64,000 nt of DNA. Origin: a virus. A program made the position numbers and the translations under genes. Under the pieces are notes generated by a model. The model was not told where the DNA came from. It ran no database searches and worked only from the letters and a program-made list of their open reading frames with translations. The stretch spans positions 1-64,000 of the IMG/VR virus record IMGVR_UViG_3300045253_000023; one strand, written 5' to 3'. This document shows positions 29,584 to 39,674 of the stretch, piece by piece (the first letter of the stretch is position 1; each line of letters begins with the position of its first letter).

Positions 29584-30237
29584 ATGACGATCAATCGCTA
29601 TTTCAATCTGCTTGGCCAGAAGGTGCCGAATCAGGAAACTGATTTGGTGCGCGGCTGGGTCAAAGAGGCCATCCAAATCAATGGATTCGACCTCTATTAC
29701 ATCGTGCGCGACACAGTAAAATTGGACAAATTGTTTGGTGAAGATGTTTTGTCAAACTTCAAGACCAACTACAAGATCGAAGCATATCTGGAAACCAGTG
29801 GTGGGTTTGAAGGTCCAGGTGATGTATTGAAGCAGATGGGATCAATTGTTTCCGACCAATGCACCATCCAAGTACAGCGCGAGAGATTCCAAGAACAGAC
29901 CACAATGGAGTATCCAAAGGAAGGAGACTTGATCTTCTTCCCAGAGATGTTCAATCGCGGCGTTTGGGAAATCAAATTTGTTGAGGATGAACAACAGTTC
30001 TATCCAACAGGCAGTCGTATCTCATTCAAGATGAAGTTGGAGTTGTTTGATCTCAGCGGAGAAACATTCAACACTGGTATCGCCAATCTGGATAAGCGCA
30101 TGGGTGACTTTGCTCCAGTGAAACTCCAAACACTGACTGAATTGGAAGATGTCTTGAAATCAGACAACAAGCAGATTCAGACAGAAAGCGATGCGATCGT
30201 GGACACAACACAATCATCAATCTTCGGTAAATTCTAA
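29584..30237 (+). CDS. gp14: Neck protein gp14 (head closure)
   Basis: EAIQINGFDLYYIVR...LFGED, PKEGDLIFFP, EIKFVEDEQQFY, terminal FGKF; follows gp13. ATAAGTA at 29572-29578. Confidence 0.95.
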   Translation: MTINRYFNLLGQKVPNQETDLVRGWVKEAIQINGFDLYYIVRDTVKLDKLFGEDVLSNFKTNYKIEAYLETSGGFEGPGDVLKQMGSIVSDQCTIQVQRERFQEQTTMEYPKEGDLIFFPEMFNRGVWEIKFVEDEQQFYPTGSRISFKMKLELFDLSGETFNTGIANLDKRMGDFAPVKLQTLTELEDVLKSDNKQIQTESDAIVDTTQSSIFGKF

Positions 30238-30240
30238 ACC

Positions 30241-32196
30241 ATGTCATATCTTGATGGCGCACAAGACGAAGTCTACTATCAAACCATTCGCCGCAATGCG
30301 ATTGTGTTTGCGACTGTCTTTAACAACATGAATCTGATTCGCTTTGATGCGAACAACGTTGCTGTGACCAAGCAAAAGGTGCCACTTGTCTATGGTCCAA
30401 AGCAGCACTGGTATCAGAAGATCATCGAAAAGGCTTCGATGACATCTGACCAAGGTCGAACAGTTGAGCTCCAGACAACGACTCCACGCATGTCCTTTTA
30501 CATGCCAACGCTGAGCTATGATTCAACGCGCCAAATGAATCCACTCAATCAAGTGCGTCAGCGCAATGGGTCTGCAAATGAATTGAGCCAGTTGGCCCCA
30601 GCTCCATACAATCTCGACTTCAAACTGTCCATCTATTCCAAGAACACAGATGATGGTTTGAATGTGCTTGAGCAGATTCTTCCAATGTTCACCCCAACAC
30701 TCAATGTGCGTGTGCGTGAGGTGGACAAGATGGAAGAATTTCGCACAGTCAAGATCACATTGAAGCATGTTGAATGCGATGACAACTATGCGAGTGGATA
30801 TGAAAAGAATCGACTGATCACATGGGACTTGGATTTTGTTCAAGAAGCTGTGATCTATCCACCAATCCAGAATACTCCATTGATCTTGCAGACCATTGTG
30901 GACTTCAAGAATGACTATCTCAACCCTCCTCAAGAACTTGAGAAAATCACAGTAACCGCATTGGGTCAGAATCCACCAGATTACAACAAAGAGAATGCTT
31001 CAATTGATATTGAAGACTTCGGTGAATCCACTCTTGAGATGTCAGGTCATATTCCAGGCGGCAACGCAGGAACCGCAGCATCAGGTAGCTATACAGGATT
31101 GTTTGGCTATCCACCATACACATTCGCTCTGGCTTCCGGAACATTCCCTTCGACTGGCGGTCTCAGTTCCACAGGTGTCGCATTGGGTAATTGGAAGGCA
31201 GCTGCCTCGTTTTCATGGGTCGTTCAAGTCACTGACTCGCGCGATGAAACATTCTTGCTCAACGATTCATGCACAACCACCACGCTATATCCAACATTGA
31301 CATTGACTGGAACATACCCAAGTGGCGATGTCGGCGTGCCATACTCGCAGAATCTCGCCATCTCTGGTGGCAACGGAGTTTACTCTCTGACTGGCGGAAC
31401 TGGTCTAGCATCAGGCACATTGCCTGCTGGATTGTCATTGTCTATCGTTGGAACCAATTTGGTTCTTTCTGGAACACCAACAACCATTCACGCAGACTAT
31501 ACATTCACTGTTTCTGTTGATTCTAGTGATGTACAAACTGCAACATCAGCTCAAGATTTGTCAATCACACCAGACCCAGCTGAGGCTCTTGATCCAGGTC
31601 ACACATCAACATTCATTGATCTGACAAATTCCAATCGCACATCACGCAGTCATGCTGATATTTTCAGCGGCGATCCAAATTGGCAGTCTGCTCGTTCTGT
31701 CACACCTCATTCTTCTGGTAAGTATTGGGTTGAATTGACAATTGACGCATCCAACACAGGATTCAATGACGCCTTTGGTGTGATTGATTCCGCATACAAT
31801 ATCTCGAACAATGCTCTCAGCATCGTCGTTGGCACCGTTGGTTATTCCTTCGGATCATTGCTTGGCAATAGCAACAATGTCCATGGCGGAATGGTTCTCA
31901 ATCTGACTCCATCTGAACCAGGATTGAGTTCAGGTCAAACCTTCATGCTTTGCGTTGACTTTGATGCAGGTAATGGTTGGTTGCAAGGCACCAACACTGG
32001 AGGATTCTTGGGTGGCGGCAATCCAGCAATTGGTTCACTTCCATTGTTCTCATTCACTCCAAATACGCAGTTGTTCTTTGCGGTTTCAGTAGCAGCAAAT
32101 GCTGGTTCATCTGGACCAAATGGACTCAACACAATCAACAGCGGTCAGGCGTCGCCTGTTAATACCGCACCAGCAGGTTTCGATCCGTGGGGTTAA
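30241..32196 (+). CDS. gp15: Tail sheath stabiliser/terminator gp15 fused to Ig-like and SPRY-like domains
   Basis: First ~260 aa carry KVPLVYGPKQ, PRMSF, YDSTR, PAPYNLDFKL, EQILPMFTP; followed by a ~390-aa extension. Confidence 0.9.
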   Translation: MSYLDGAQDEVYYQTIRRNAIVFATVFNNMNLIRFDANNVAVTKQKVPLVYGPKQHWYQKIIEKASMTSDQGRTVELQTTTPRMSFYMPTLSYDSTRQMNPLNQVRQRNGSANELSQLAPAPYNLDFKLSIYSKNTDDGLNVLEQILPMFTPTLNVRVREVDKMEEFRTVKITLKHVECDDNYASGYEKNRLITWDLDFVQEAVIYPPIQNTPLILQTIVDFKNDYLNPPQELEKITVTALGQNPPDYNKENASIDIEDFGESTLEMSGHIPGGNAGTAASGSYTGLFGYPPYTFALASGTFPSTGGLSSTGVALGNWKAAASFSWVVQVTDSRDETFLLNDSCTTTTLYPTLTLTGTYPSGDVGVPYSQNLAISGGNGVYSLTGGTGLASGTLPAGLSLSIVGTNLVLSGTPTTIHADYTFTVSVDSSDVQTATSAQDLSITPDPAEALDPGHTSTFIDLTNSNRTSRSHADIFSGDPNWQSARSVTPHSSGKYWVELTIDASNTGFNDAFGVIDSAYNISNNALSIVVGTVGYSFGSLLGNSNNVHGGMVLNLTPSEPGLSSGQTFMLCVDFDAGNGWLQGTNTGGFLGGGNPAIGSLPLFSFTPNTQLFFAVSVAANAGSSGPNGLNTINSGQASPVNTAPAGFDPWG

Positions 32197-32201
32197 GTGT
32201 T

Positions 32202-32735
32202 ATGACAAAAGTTGATGATACATTTTCATCATTGAATGAACTTCTTGGCATCAATGCCGAAGAAAAACAAGAGATGATCTCTGTCGACGATGACAAAAAT
32301 GTCCAGAGTCTTGTGCCTCAAGACAATACTGTCATTGCTTTCAGAGAGAATACGAATGCGCCAGATAAAGGCCAGAGTGCCACGGATGATTTCAACTTCG
32401 CGCGGGAAGTCATTCATGACGCGCTCCAGCGCGCGCAGGACTTGGTTGCTGTCACGATCCGTGAAGCAAAGATCACTGGACATCCTATGGTCATGCAGGC
32501 TGCTAACCAAGCAATCAAGAACATTTCGGAGCTGGGCAAAGACTTGCTCGAAATACATAATAAAATCAAGGAGTTAAAGGCTGACGACAAACCTCAGCAG
32601 CCTGGCAAGACAATTATTGTTGAGAAGTCGACCCTTGAACTCTTGAGAGAACTCAAGAAAGATATGGCCATTATTGATGGTGAAGCAACAAGGATAGAGC
32701 ATAATGGATCTGAATCTCGAACCACCAGTTCCTGA
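32202..32735 (+). CDS. gp16: Terminase small subunit gp16
   Basis: DDFNFAREVI...GHP...LLEIHNKIK...STLELL pattern; overlaps the start of gp17. Confidence 0.8.
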   Translation: MTKVDDTFSSLNELLGINAEEKQEMISVDDDKNVQSLVPQDNTVIAFRENTNAPDKGQSATDDFNFAREVIHDALQRAQDLVAVTIREAKITGHPMVMQAANQAIKNISELGKDLLEIHNKIKELKADDKPQQPGKTIIVEKSTLELLRELKKDMAIIDGEATRIEHNGSESRTTSS

Positions 32736-34386
32736 TTTCAAGTTGAAACGCTCCCAGGGATATCTGGGAAACAAAGAAATTAAGCGAGCAGGAGTTACGT
32801 TGCCTCTGACACCAGAGCATATCAAGGAATATGCCAAATGTGCCATGGACATCAACTACTTCTGCGAAATGTACATGAAAATTGTCTCTGTGGACGATGG
32901 TTTGATTCCATTGAAGCCATTTCCATTCCAGAAGAAGATCATTGCAGCATCCATCGAGAACAGATTCAACATCGTGGTTTGCGCACGTCAATCTGGTAAG
33001 ACAACAACCAACACAGCAATCATCCTTCACTATATTCTGTTCAATGAGCAGAAGAACGTGGCCATCATTGCTAACAAAGCGCAAACTGCTCGAAGCATCC
33101 TCGATCGTATCCAGTTGGCATACAGACATCTACCAAAGTGGCTGCAACAAGGTGTTGTGGAGTGGAACAAAGGTTCTTCATCCTTTGAGAATGGTTGCAA
33201 GATTTTCGTTGGTTCAACGACATCATCATCGATTCGTGGTGAAACAATCGCCATGCTGTTCATCGACGAAGTTGCCTTCATTGAGCCAAACCTGTATGAA
33301 GAGTTCTTCCGCTCAGTCTACCCAACCATCTCATCTGGTAAGACAACCAAGATTTTCATGGTGTCAACTCCAAATGGAATGAATCACTTCTACACACTGG
33401 TCAAAGCTGCCAGAGAGAACAAGAGCGGATTTAAGCTGCTTGAGTTCACGTGGCGCGATGTTCCAGGTAGAACTGAGGAATGGAAAGAACAAGAAATTGC
33501 CAACACTTCTCCTGAGGCGTTCAATCAGGAACAAGAATGTGTGTTCATGGGTTCCACCAAGACGCTGTTGTCTTCGAAGTGCCTCAAAGATTTGTCCTTC
33601 AACAATCCGCTGGACATCAATGATGAGAAGACACTCAAGCTCTATGAGAAGCCAATCAAGAGAAACCCAGATATTGAGGATGACGTCAACAACGTTGATC
33701 ATCAATACTTTTTGTCTGTGGACGTTTCGGAAGGTTTGAATCAAGACTACTCCACAATCTCTGTGATTGACATCACATCAATCCCATACAAGCAAGTCGC
33801 TACATACAGAAGCAATCGCATTTCGCCACTGTTGTTCCCTATGATCATCTACAAGATGGCCACTGCGTACAACAATGCGTATGTCCTTGTTGAGAACAAC
33901 TCCATTGGTCACTCTGTGGTCAACGATTTGAACTTTGACTTGGGTTATGAGAATGTGTTGTTCATCAAGACCACAGAAGAAGAAAAGATTCGTCTGGGTA
34001 TGAAGACAACCGTTCGAACCAAGAAGCTGGGTTGCTTGCGTATCAAGGATTTGCTGGAATCTGGAATCCTCGAACTGAATGATGAGCAAACCATTCTTGA
34101 GTTGTACAACTTTGTTGAGAAAGGACCAACTTATGCGGCTGAGGAAGGATATCAAGACGACATGGTCATGGGCCTTGTCAACTTCGCATACTACTCATCG
34201 CTTGAGCAGTTCCGCAATCTGACAGAGAACGTTTTCAAGGTTCATTTCCAGGAAATGAAGAAGAAACACCTTGAGGATTCCATGCCAACGATGCCTTATA
34301 TGAACATGGATGCTGCCAAGGAAGTCCATTATGACCCGACGGACGAAGAGAACCAAAAGCTGTTTGATCAAGGGTTCTATTTGTAA
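32704..34386 (+). CDS. gp17: Terminase large subunit gp17
   Basis: YLGN, ARQSGKTT (Walker A), LFIDEVAFI (Walker B), STPNGMNHFY, VDVSEG..QDYS, DDMVMGL. Confidence 0.98.
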   Translation: MDLNLEPPVPDFKLKRSQGYLGNKEIKRAGVTLPLTPEHIKEYAKCAMDINYFCEMYMKIVSVDDGLIPLKPFPFQKKIIAASIENRFNIVVCARQSGKTTTNTAIILHYILFNEQKNVAIIANKAQTARSILDRIQLAYRHLPKWLQQGVVEWNKGSSSFENGCKIFVGSTTSSSIRGETIAMLFIDEVAFIEPNLYEEFFRSVYPTISSGKTTKIFMVSTPNGMNHFYTLVKAARENKSGFKLLEFTWRDVPGRTEEWKEQEIANTSPEAFNQEQECVFMGSTKTLLSSKCLKDLSFNNPLDINDEKTLKLYEKPIKRNPDIEDDVNNVDHQYFLSVDVSEGLNQDYSTISVIDITSIPYKQVATYRSNRISPLLFPMIIYKMATAYNNAYVLVENNSIGHSVVNDLNFDLGYENVLFIKTTEEEKIRLGMKTTVRTKKLGCLRIKDLLESGILELNDEQTILELYNFVEKGPTYAAEEGYQDDMVMGLVNFAYYSSLEQFRNLTENVFKVHFQEMKKKHLEDSMPTMPYMNMDAAKEVHYDPTDEENQKLFDQGFYL

Positions 34387-34399
34387 GATTCTGTAGGGA

Positions 34400-34406
34400 A
34401 TAAGTA
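34400..34406 (+). promoter_or_regulatory. Putative late promoter ATAAGTA (gp18)
   Basis: Intergenic motif copy upstream of the tail sheath gene. Confidence 0.65.
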
Positions 34407-34491
34407 ATCTGTGATGAACATCTATTGGGAAGAAGCTGGAAGCAATCTTCTCTGACGCAGGAAGCACAACAATATATCAAGGAGAAACATA

Positions 34492-36309
34492 ATGGCTGGT
34501 TCCTTCCTCATTTCACCAGGAGTACTTGTCAAGGAACAGGATTTCTCCCTCATTGTCCCAACAGTTCCAGTTAACATCGGAGCGGTCGTCGGTGACTTTA
34601 ACTGGGGACCTGTTGAGGAAATCACACTGATTTCTGACGAGCCAACGCTGGCGCAAGTTTTCGATCCACCTGTCAATCGCAATGCGAAGGACTGGTTCAC
34701 CGCGCGTAACTTCTTGACTTACTCCAAGAATTTGTATGCTGTGCGTATGATCGACGACGTTCTTACCAACTACGTTTCGTCAAATGGTAGCTCGGCAGTT
34801 GGCAACGCTGTTGACCTGACATACACCCCAACACACACTTATTGGAATGCTCCAGCCTCTGGAACACCTTCCAAGATCATCGTCAAGAATCATCAGGATT
34901 TCTTGAATCAGTATGACACTCTGAAGCAGTACACCAACGGCACCAACAAGATCAACTTCATTGCTCGTTACCCAGGCAGCAAGGGTAACAACATTCAGGT
35001 TGCATTCACAGGTACTGCTGGCTTCGGTGCATGGACATATGCTGATCGTTTCTCCTTCACCCCAACATTGAATGAATTGGCAATGGTTGTTCTGTTGAAC
35101 GGCCAGGTCGTCGAAACATTCTTTGTTTCCCTGATTCCAGGAACAGTTGACGGCAATGGCCAGCCAATGTACATCGGCAACGTCTTGAATGACGAGTCGC
35201 AGTACGTCTATGTCCTTCCAGCCAACTTTGTCACATACACTGGCGGACACAACGGCGACACATATGTTGCTGGCGATGCTCCAACCGTTTACCCAACAAC
35301 AGTGGTTTCATTGATCCATGGTGGCGACACCACAGCAAATTCATCCACAGCGATGGAAGCTGGATATTTCGCAGGCTGGGCATTGTTTGCCGCAGCTTCC
35401 GACATCTCAATCAACTACTGCATGCAGGGTGGTGCTGACCCAGTCGTTGGTAACTACATCATCGAGAATGTGGCAATGGTCCGTAAGGACTGCGTTGCGT
35501 TCGTTTCCCCACGTCAGCAAGACGTCGTGAACAACGCAACTCCATCAACCACAATGGTCAACTTCCGTCAGGGTGGCTTGACAGACCTGTCATACAACAT
35601 CGACTCGTCATATGCCTTCCTCGATGGCAACTACAAGTACCAGTTCGACAACTACAACCTCGTCTATCGTTGGGTTCCATTCAACGGCGACATGGCTGGT
35701 CTGTTGGCTCAAACAGCTTACACAAACGATCCTTGGTGGTCGCCAGCTGGTTTGAATCGTGGCCAGATCAAGGATGTGGTCAAGTTGGCATTCAATCCAA
35801 CTCAGGCAATGCGAGACCAGATGTACTCGGCAAACATCAACCCAATCGTGTCCTTCCCAGGACAAGGTGTGGTTTTGTATGGCGACAAAACAATGCAGGC
35901 TCGCCCATCAGCATTCGACCGCATCAACGTGCGTATGCTGTTCATCGTCATCGAAGTCGCTATCGCAAAGGCAGCTCAGTATTTGCTGTTCGAGTTCAAC
36001 GACGTCTTCACACAGAATCGTTTCGTCCAGATGGTCGAACCTTACCTGCGTGATGTTCAGGCTCGTCGTGGTATTGAAAAGGTCAAGGGTCAAGATGGAT
36101 TCTACATCATCGCAGACTCTCGCGTCAATACTCCACAGGTCATCGACTCCAACCAGTTCGTGGCAACAATCCTGATCAAGCCTGCGCGTTCGATCAACTT
36201 CATCACCTTGACATTTGCAGCAACGTCAACTGGTGTTGAGTTCGCAGAACTTGCAGCCGAGATCACAGGTTCGTCGCCAACCACTGGCACAATCAACCTC
36301 AGCGCGTAA
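34492..36309 (+). CDS. gp18: Tail sheath protein gp18
   Basis: SPGVLVKEQD, FNWGP, RKDCVAFVSP, PWWSPAGLNRGQI, SAFDRINVR, IKPARSINFITLTF. Confidence 0.98.
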   Translation: MAGSFLISPGVLVKEQDFSLIVPTVPVNIGAVVGDFNWGPVEEITLISDEPTLAQVFDPPVNRNAKDWFTARNFLTYSKNLYAVRMIDDVLTNYVSSNGSSAVGNAVDLTYTPTHTYWNAPASGTPSKIIVKNHQDFLNQYDTLKQYTNGTNKINFIARYPGSKGNNIQVAFTGTAGFGAWTYADRFSFTPTLNELAMVVLLNGQVVETFFVSLIPGTVDGNGQPMYIGNVLNDESQYVYVLPANFVTYTGGHNGDTYVAGDAPTVYPTTVVSLIHGGDTTANSSTAMEAGYFAGWALFAAASDISINYCMQGGADPVVGNYIIENVAMVRKDCVAFVSPRQQDVVNNATPSTTMVNFRQGGLTDLSYNIDSSYAFLDGNYKYQFDNYNLVYRWVPFNGDMAGLLAQTAYTNDPWWSPAGLNRGQIKDVVKLAFNPTQAMRDQMYSANINPIVSFPGQGVVLYGDKTMQARPSAFDRINVRMLFIVIEVAIAKAAQYLLFEFNDVFTQNRFVQMVEPYLRDVQARRGIEKVKGQDGFYIIADSRVNTPQVIDSNQFVATILIKPARSINFITLTFAATSTGVEFAELAAEITGSSPTTGTINLSA

Positions 36310-36336
36310 CAATCAACAGGAAAGGAATCTTCGAAT

Positions 36337-36819
36337 ATGGATATTGAACAGTTCAAGGGTGCGTTTAGCGACCTCGCTCGCCCAAATCGCTTCCAAGTGA
36401 TTCTGTCGCGCGCTGGCAACTTGCAGTTCTTCTGTAAGGCAACCACTGTGCCTGGCAATCACGTCGCGGCAGCAGACGTCAACTATCAAGGACGTATTGT
36501 CAAACTTCCTGGTGATCGTGAGAATCCAGATTGGACTGTTACAGTCTATTCGGATACCACATATGCGGTCTATCAGGCATTCCAGGCTTGGCTCAAGGAT
36601 ATCAATGATCCTGAAGGCAATACTGGCAATACACCTGCGGGAGTGAAGGCCGATGGAATTATCAACCATCTTGGTCGTGACGATGCGGTCATCAACAGCT
36701 GGCAGATTGTTGGATGCTTGCCAACCGAACTCGGCTCTGTCGAGTTGGATTGGGGTACCAACAACACTGTCTCCAGCTTCACTGTGACGCTGGCGAACGA
36801 CTACGTCTTGCCAAACTAA
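36337..36819 (+). CDS. gp19: Tail tube protein gp19
   Basis: ARPNRFQV, FFCKATTVPG, GRIVKLPGDR...WTVTV; follows gp18. Confidence 0.95.
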   Translation: MDIEQFKGAFSDLARPNRFQVILSRAGNLQFFCKATTVPGNHVAAADVNYQGRIVKLPGDRENPDWTVTVYSDTTYAVYQAFQAWLKDINDPEGNTGNTPAGVKADGIINHLGRDDAVINSWQIVGCLPTELGSVELDWGTNNTVSSFTVTLANDYVLPN

Positions 36820-36844
36820 GCAGGCAGTAGAACGAGACCCACAG

Positions 36845-36873
36845 AAGGGAAGGAGTGATATCCTTCCCTTTTT
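36845..36873 (+). terminator. Rho-independent terminator after gp19
   Basis: AAGGGAAGGA-gtgata-TCCTTCCCTT followed by TTT. Confidence 0.85.
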
Positions 36874-36895
36874 AATTTCTGGCTCTACCAACAAC

Positions 36896-36902
36896 CTAAG
36901 TA
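36896..36902 (+). promoter_or_regulatory. Putative late promoter CTAAGTA (gp20)
   Basis: Motif copy just after the terminator and 35 nt before the portal start. Confidence 0.7.
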
Positions 36903-36937
36903 CCACTGTTGAGATAGATTCCATATAAGGGAAATTC

Positions 36938-38656
36938 ATGTTTAAGGTATTCGGACTCGAATTTGGCAAAGAAAAGCAAGCCAATGAAGAGGAACGCAAG
37001 CTACAGTCCATTGTCCCTCGTTCAGACCAGGGCGCAGTTGTCATTGACGACAACTATGTCGGGCGTTCTGCGGAATTCTTCATCTATGGCAACACTGCTG
37101 AATTCACCTTCCGCAGCCAGAAGGATCGCATCGAGCTGTATCGCAGGATGTGTGAGAATCCATATGTCGACACAGCAATTGATGACATTGTCAATGAAGC
37201 AATCACCTTCGATGTAGAGAAAGGCATTGTCTTCTTGAAGCTGGACAAGACCACATTCTCAGAGAGTATCAAGAAAAAGATCATTGATGAATTCAATGGC
37301 GTGCTTGAGCTCATGGAGTTTGATTTCAATGGTCCTGACGTATTCCGTCAATGGTATGTTGATGGTCAAACATATATTCATGTGGTTGTTGATCCAGAAG
37401 ACCTCAAGAGCGGTATCCATGAGATTCGCTTTGTTGATCCCCGCGCAATCCAGAAGATTGTTGAGATTCAGACAGACCCAGCAACTGGTGTCGAAGTATC
37501 TCGCAATGAGTTCTACCTGTATATGCCTAACATGGCATTGGATAAGAACAATCTGTCCACCAAGACCAAGATGGCTCAAGAATTCAAGGCTGTCAAGCTG
37601 ACTGCTGATTCTGTGGCGTATATCTGGTCTGGCAGAACCAACATCGATGGTTTCCCAATTTCCTACATGGACAGAGCCATCAAGGCTTGGAACCAAATCA
37701 ATTCATTGGAAGACGCATTCATCGTTTTCCATCTTTCTCGTGCCCCATCCAAGCGTGCTTTCTACATTGACGTTGGCGATTTGCCAAAGCCAGCTGCTGA
37801 AAAGTACATGAAAGGCATGATTGAGAAGTACAAGAACAAAGCCATCTACGACATGAAGACTGGTCAGGTCGACAATGCTGCCCAGATCAATTCCATGTTC
37901 CATGACTACTGGCTGCCTCGTCAGAACGGCAAAAACAGCACAGAAATTGGAGTCATTGAAGGCACCGCACAGAATTTTGCTGGTCCAAATGAGTTGGAAT
38001 ACTGGCTCAAGAAGCTATGGCGCGCATTCAAGATTCCAATCACTCGACTCAATTCAGAGTCTGTAACTCCATTTGGACGTGGTTCAGAAATCACACGCGA
38101 TGAACTGAAATTCCAGAAGTTCATCAACAAGTTGCGTGGCCGATTCTCACAGCTATTCTCAGAAATTCTGCGTCGTCAGTTGTTGCTCAAGAACATCATC
38201 ACCCAGGATGATTGGGAAGAGAACAAATACAACGTGCGTTTTGAGTATGCCCAAGATTCCATGTTCTTTGAGATGAAGAGCACAGAAATTCTTGAGATGC
38301 GTCTCCAAACATTGAACACAATCACACCATACATCGGCAAATACTACACACAAGACTGGGTTGAGAAGAACGTGCTCATGTTGTCTGATGAACAGATTGA
38401 TGAGATGCACAACAAGTTGGGTGAGGAAATTGGTTCTGGTATCCATGACAGTGACTTCACAGACAAGGAAGGCAACCCAATGCAGCCTTCACAAGCTGCG
38501 AAGAAGGGTTTGGGTGCGGGCGCTGCGTTCGGTCAAAGCACCAACGCGACTTCTACTGATGCCAACAAAAATTCAGCATACTCTTCACCAAAGAGCAAAT
38601 CAAATCCAGGCAAAAGCCTGATTTCAACCAGAGACAAAGCACCAAAGGGAGCATAA
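36938..38656 (+). CDS. gp20: Portal protein gp20
   Basis: AIDDIVNEAI, FRQWYVDG, RAPSKRAFYIDVGDLPK..AEKY, DYWLPR, EITRDELKFQKFI. Confidence 0.98.
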   Translation: MFKVFGLEFGKEKQANEEERKLQSIVPRSDQGAVVIDDNYVGRSAEFFIYGNTAEFTFRSQKDRIELYRRMCENPYVDTAIDDIVNEAITFDVEKGIVFLKLDKTTFSESIKKKIIDEFNGVLELMEFDFNGPDVFRQWYVDGQTYIHVVVDPEDLKSGIHEIRFVDPRAIQKIVEIQTDPATGVEVSRNEFYLYMPNMALDKNNLSTKTKMAQEFKAVKLTADSVAYIWSGRTNIDGFPISYMDRAIKAWNQINSLEDAFIVFHLSRAPSKRAFYIDVGDLPKPAAEKYMKGMIEKYKNKAIYDMKTGQVDNAAQINSMFHDYWLPRQNGKNSTEIGVIEGTAQNFAGPNELEYWLKKLWRAFKIPITRLNSESVTPFGRGSEITRDELKFQKFINKLRGRFSQLFSEILRRQLLLKNIITQDDWEENKYNVRFEYAQDSMFFEMKSTEILEMRLQTLNTITPYIGKYYTQDWVEKNVLMLSDEQIDEMHNKLGEEIGSGIHDSDFTDKEGNPMQPSQAAKKGLGAGAAFGQSTNATSTDANKNSAYSSPKSKSNPGKSLISTRDKAPKGA

Positions 38657-38660
38657 TATC

Positions 38661-38837
38661 ATGGCAAATTTGAAGGAAAGAATTGAAAATCTGTTGAGAG
38701 AGAAGGTCGCCAATCGCGTCCGCTTTGAAGGCAAGTCTTTGATCAAGAAAGACATGAATGCCTACACCAAATTGGATTCTACTGGCATTTCAAACTCAAC
38801 TGGCATTGCCACAGAAGGCAAGAAAGACAAGAAGTAG
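38661..38837 (+). CDS. Small basic protein in the gp67/gp68 prohead-core position (58 aa; not in ORF track)
   Basis: MANLKERIENLLREKVANRVRFEGKSLIKKDMNAYTKLDSTGISNSTGIATEGKKDKK with GGGAG SD, between gp20 and gp21. Confidence 0.6.
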   Translation: MANLKERIENLLREKVANRVRFEGKSLIKKDMNAYTKLDSTGISNSTGIATEGKKDKK

Positions 38838-38890
38838 CCATTGGTTTGGAGAAATATGCTTGGCAAACCACAGCCAAAATTCTCCAACCA

Positions 38891-38897
38891 CTAAGTA
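38891..38897 (+). promoter_or_regulatory. Putative late promoter CTAAGTA (gp21)
   Basis: Intergenic motif copy. Confidence 0.65.
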
Positions 38898-38951
38898 ATT
38901 GATAGGAAATGGAATTTCTTCAGGGTTGAAAAGGACTTCAGGGATAATACA

Positions 38952-39620
38952 ATGAGACTGCTTGTCGAAGACATCACAGAGACCAAGCTGGTCCATGAAA
39001 TTAGTGAGGCCATCTCAGAGAATGGTGGCACTCCTATGAAGCAATATTGGCTGACAGGAATTTTCCTGCAAGCGGATATGAGGAATGGCAACAACCGCAT
39101 CTATCCAAAAGCAATTTTGGATGAAGCAGTTGATGTGTATCGTCAGAAGTACATCGCGCTTGGGCGCGGATATGGCGAACTTGGACACCCTGATCCAAAT
39201 GATCCTGGTATCCACTTGAACAACGTTGCAATCTTGACGCAAGACATCAAAGAAGATGGAAACAATTTCATTGGCAAGGCCAAGGTCATTGATACTCCAG
39301 CTGGTCGCATTGTGAAAGCCTTCATTGATGAGGGTGTAACATTGGGCGTTTCTTCGCGTGGTCGTGGCGATGTCAAGAATGGTATTGTCCAGAAGGGATT
39401 CCGACTGGTCACCGCTGTGGACGTGGTTGCTGATCCTTCTGCTCCTGACGCATTTGCATCTGCATTGGTTGAAGGCAAGGATTGGGTTGTTGAGAATGGC
39501 ATCATGCTGGATGAGGAAGTTTCAAGTCTTCGTCTGGAATTGCTGGCTACAAACCGCAAGAATTTGGTTGCCAAGAAGATGGAATTGCTTCAAAAGTTCC
39601 TTGGAAAAATCTCAACTTAA
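38952..39620 (+). CDS. gp21: Prohead core protein protease gp21
   Basis: GIFLQAD..NGNNRIYP, GELGHP (catalytic His), DTPAGRIVK, LGVSSRG (catalytic Ser), DVVADPSAPDAF. Confidence 0.97.
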   Translation: MRLLVEDITETKLVHEISEAISENGGTPMKQYWLTGIFLQADMRNGNNRIYPKAILDEAVDVYRQKYIALGRGYGELGHPDPNDPGIHLNNVAILTQDIKEDGNNFIGKAKVIDTPAGRIVKAFIDEGVTLGVSSRGRGDVKNGIVQKGFRLVTAVDVVADPSAPDAFASALVEGKDWVVENGIMLDEEVSSLRLELLATNRKNLVAKKMELLQKFLGKIST

Positions 39621-39626
39621 TAAGTA
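39620..39626 (+). promoter_or_regulatory. Putative late promoter ATAAGTA (gp22-gp23)
   Basis: Motif copy right at the gp21 stop. Confidence 0.65.
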
Positions 39627-39674
39627 ACTGTTGTACATGGAATTTCAACCGATTCGCGAGAAAGGAATCCAAAC

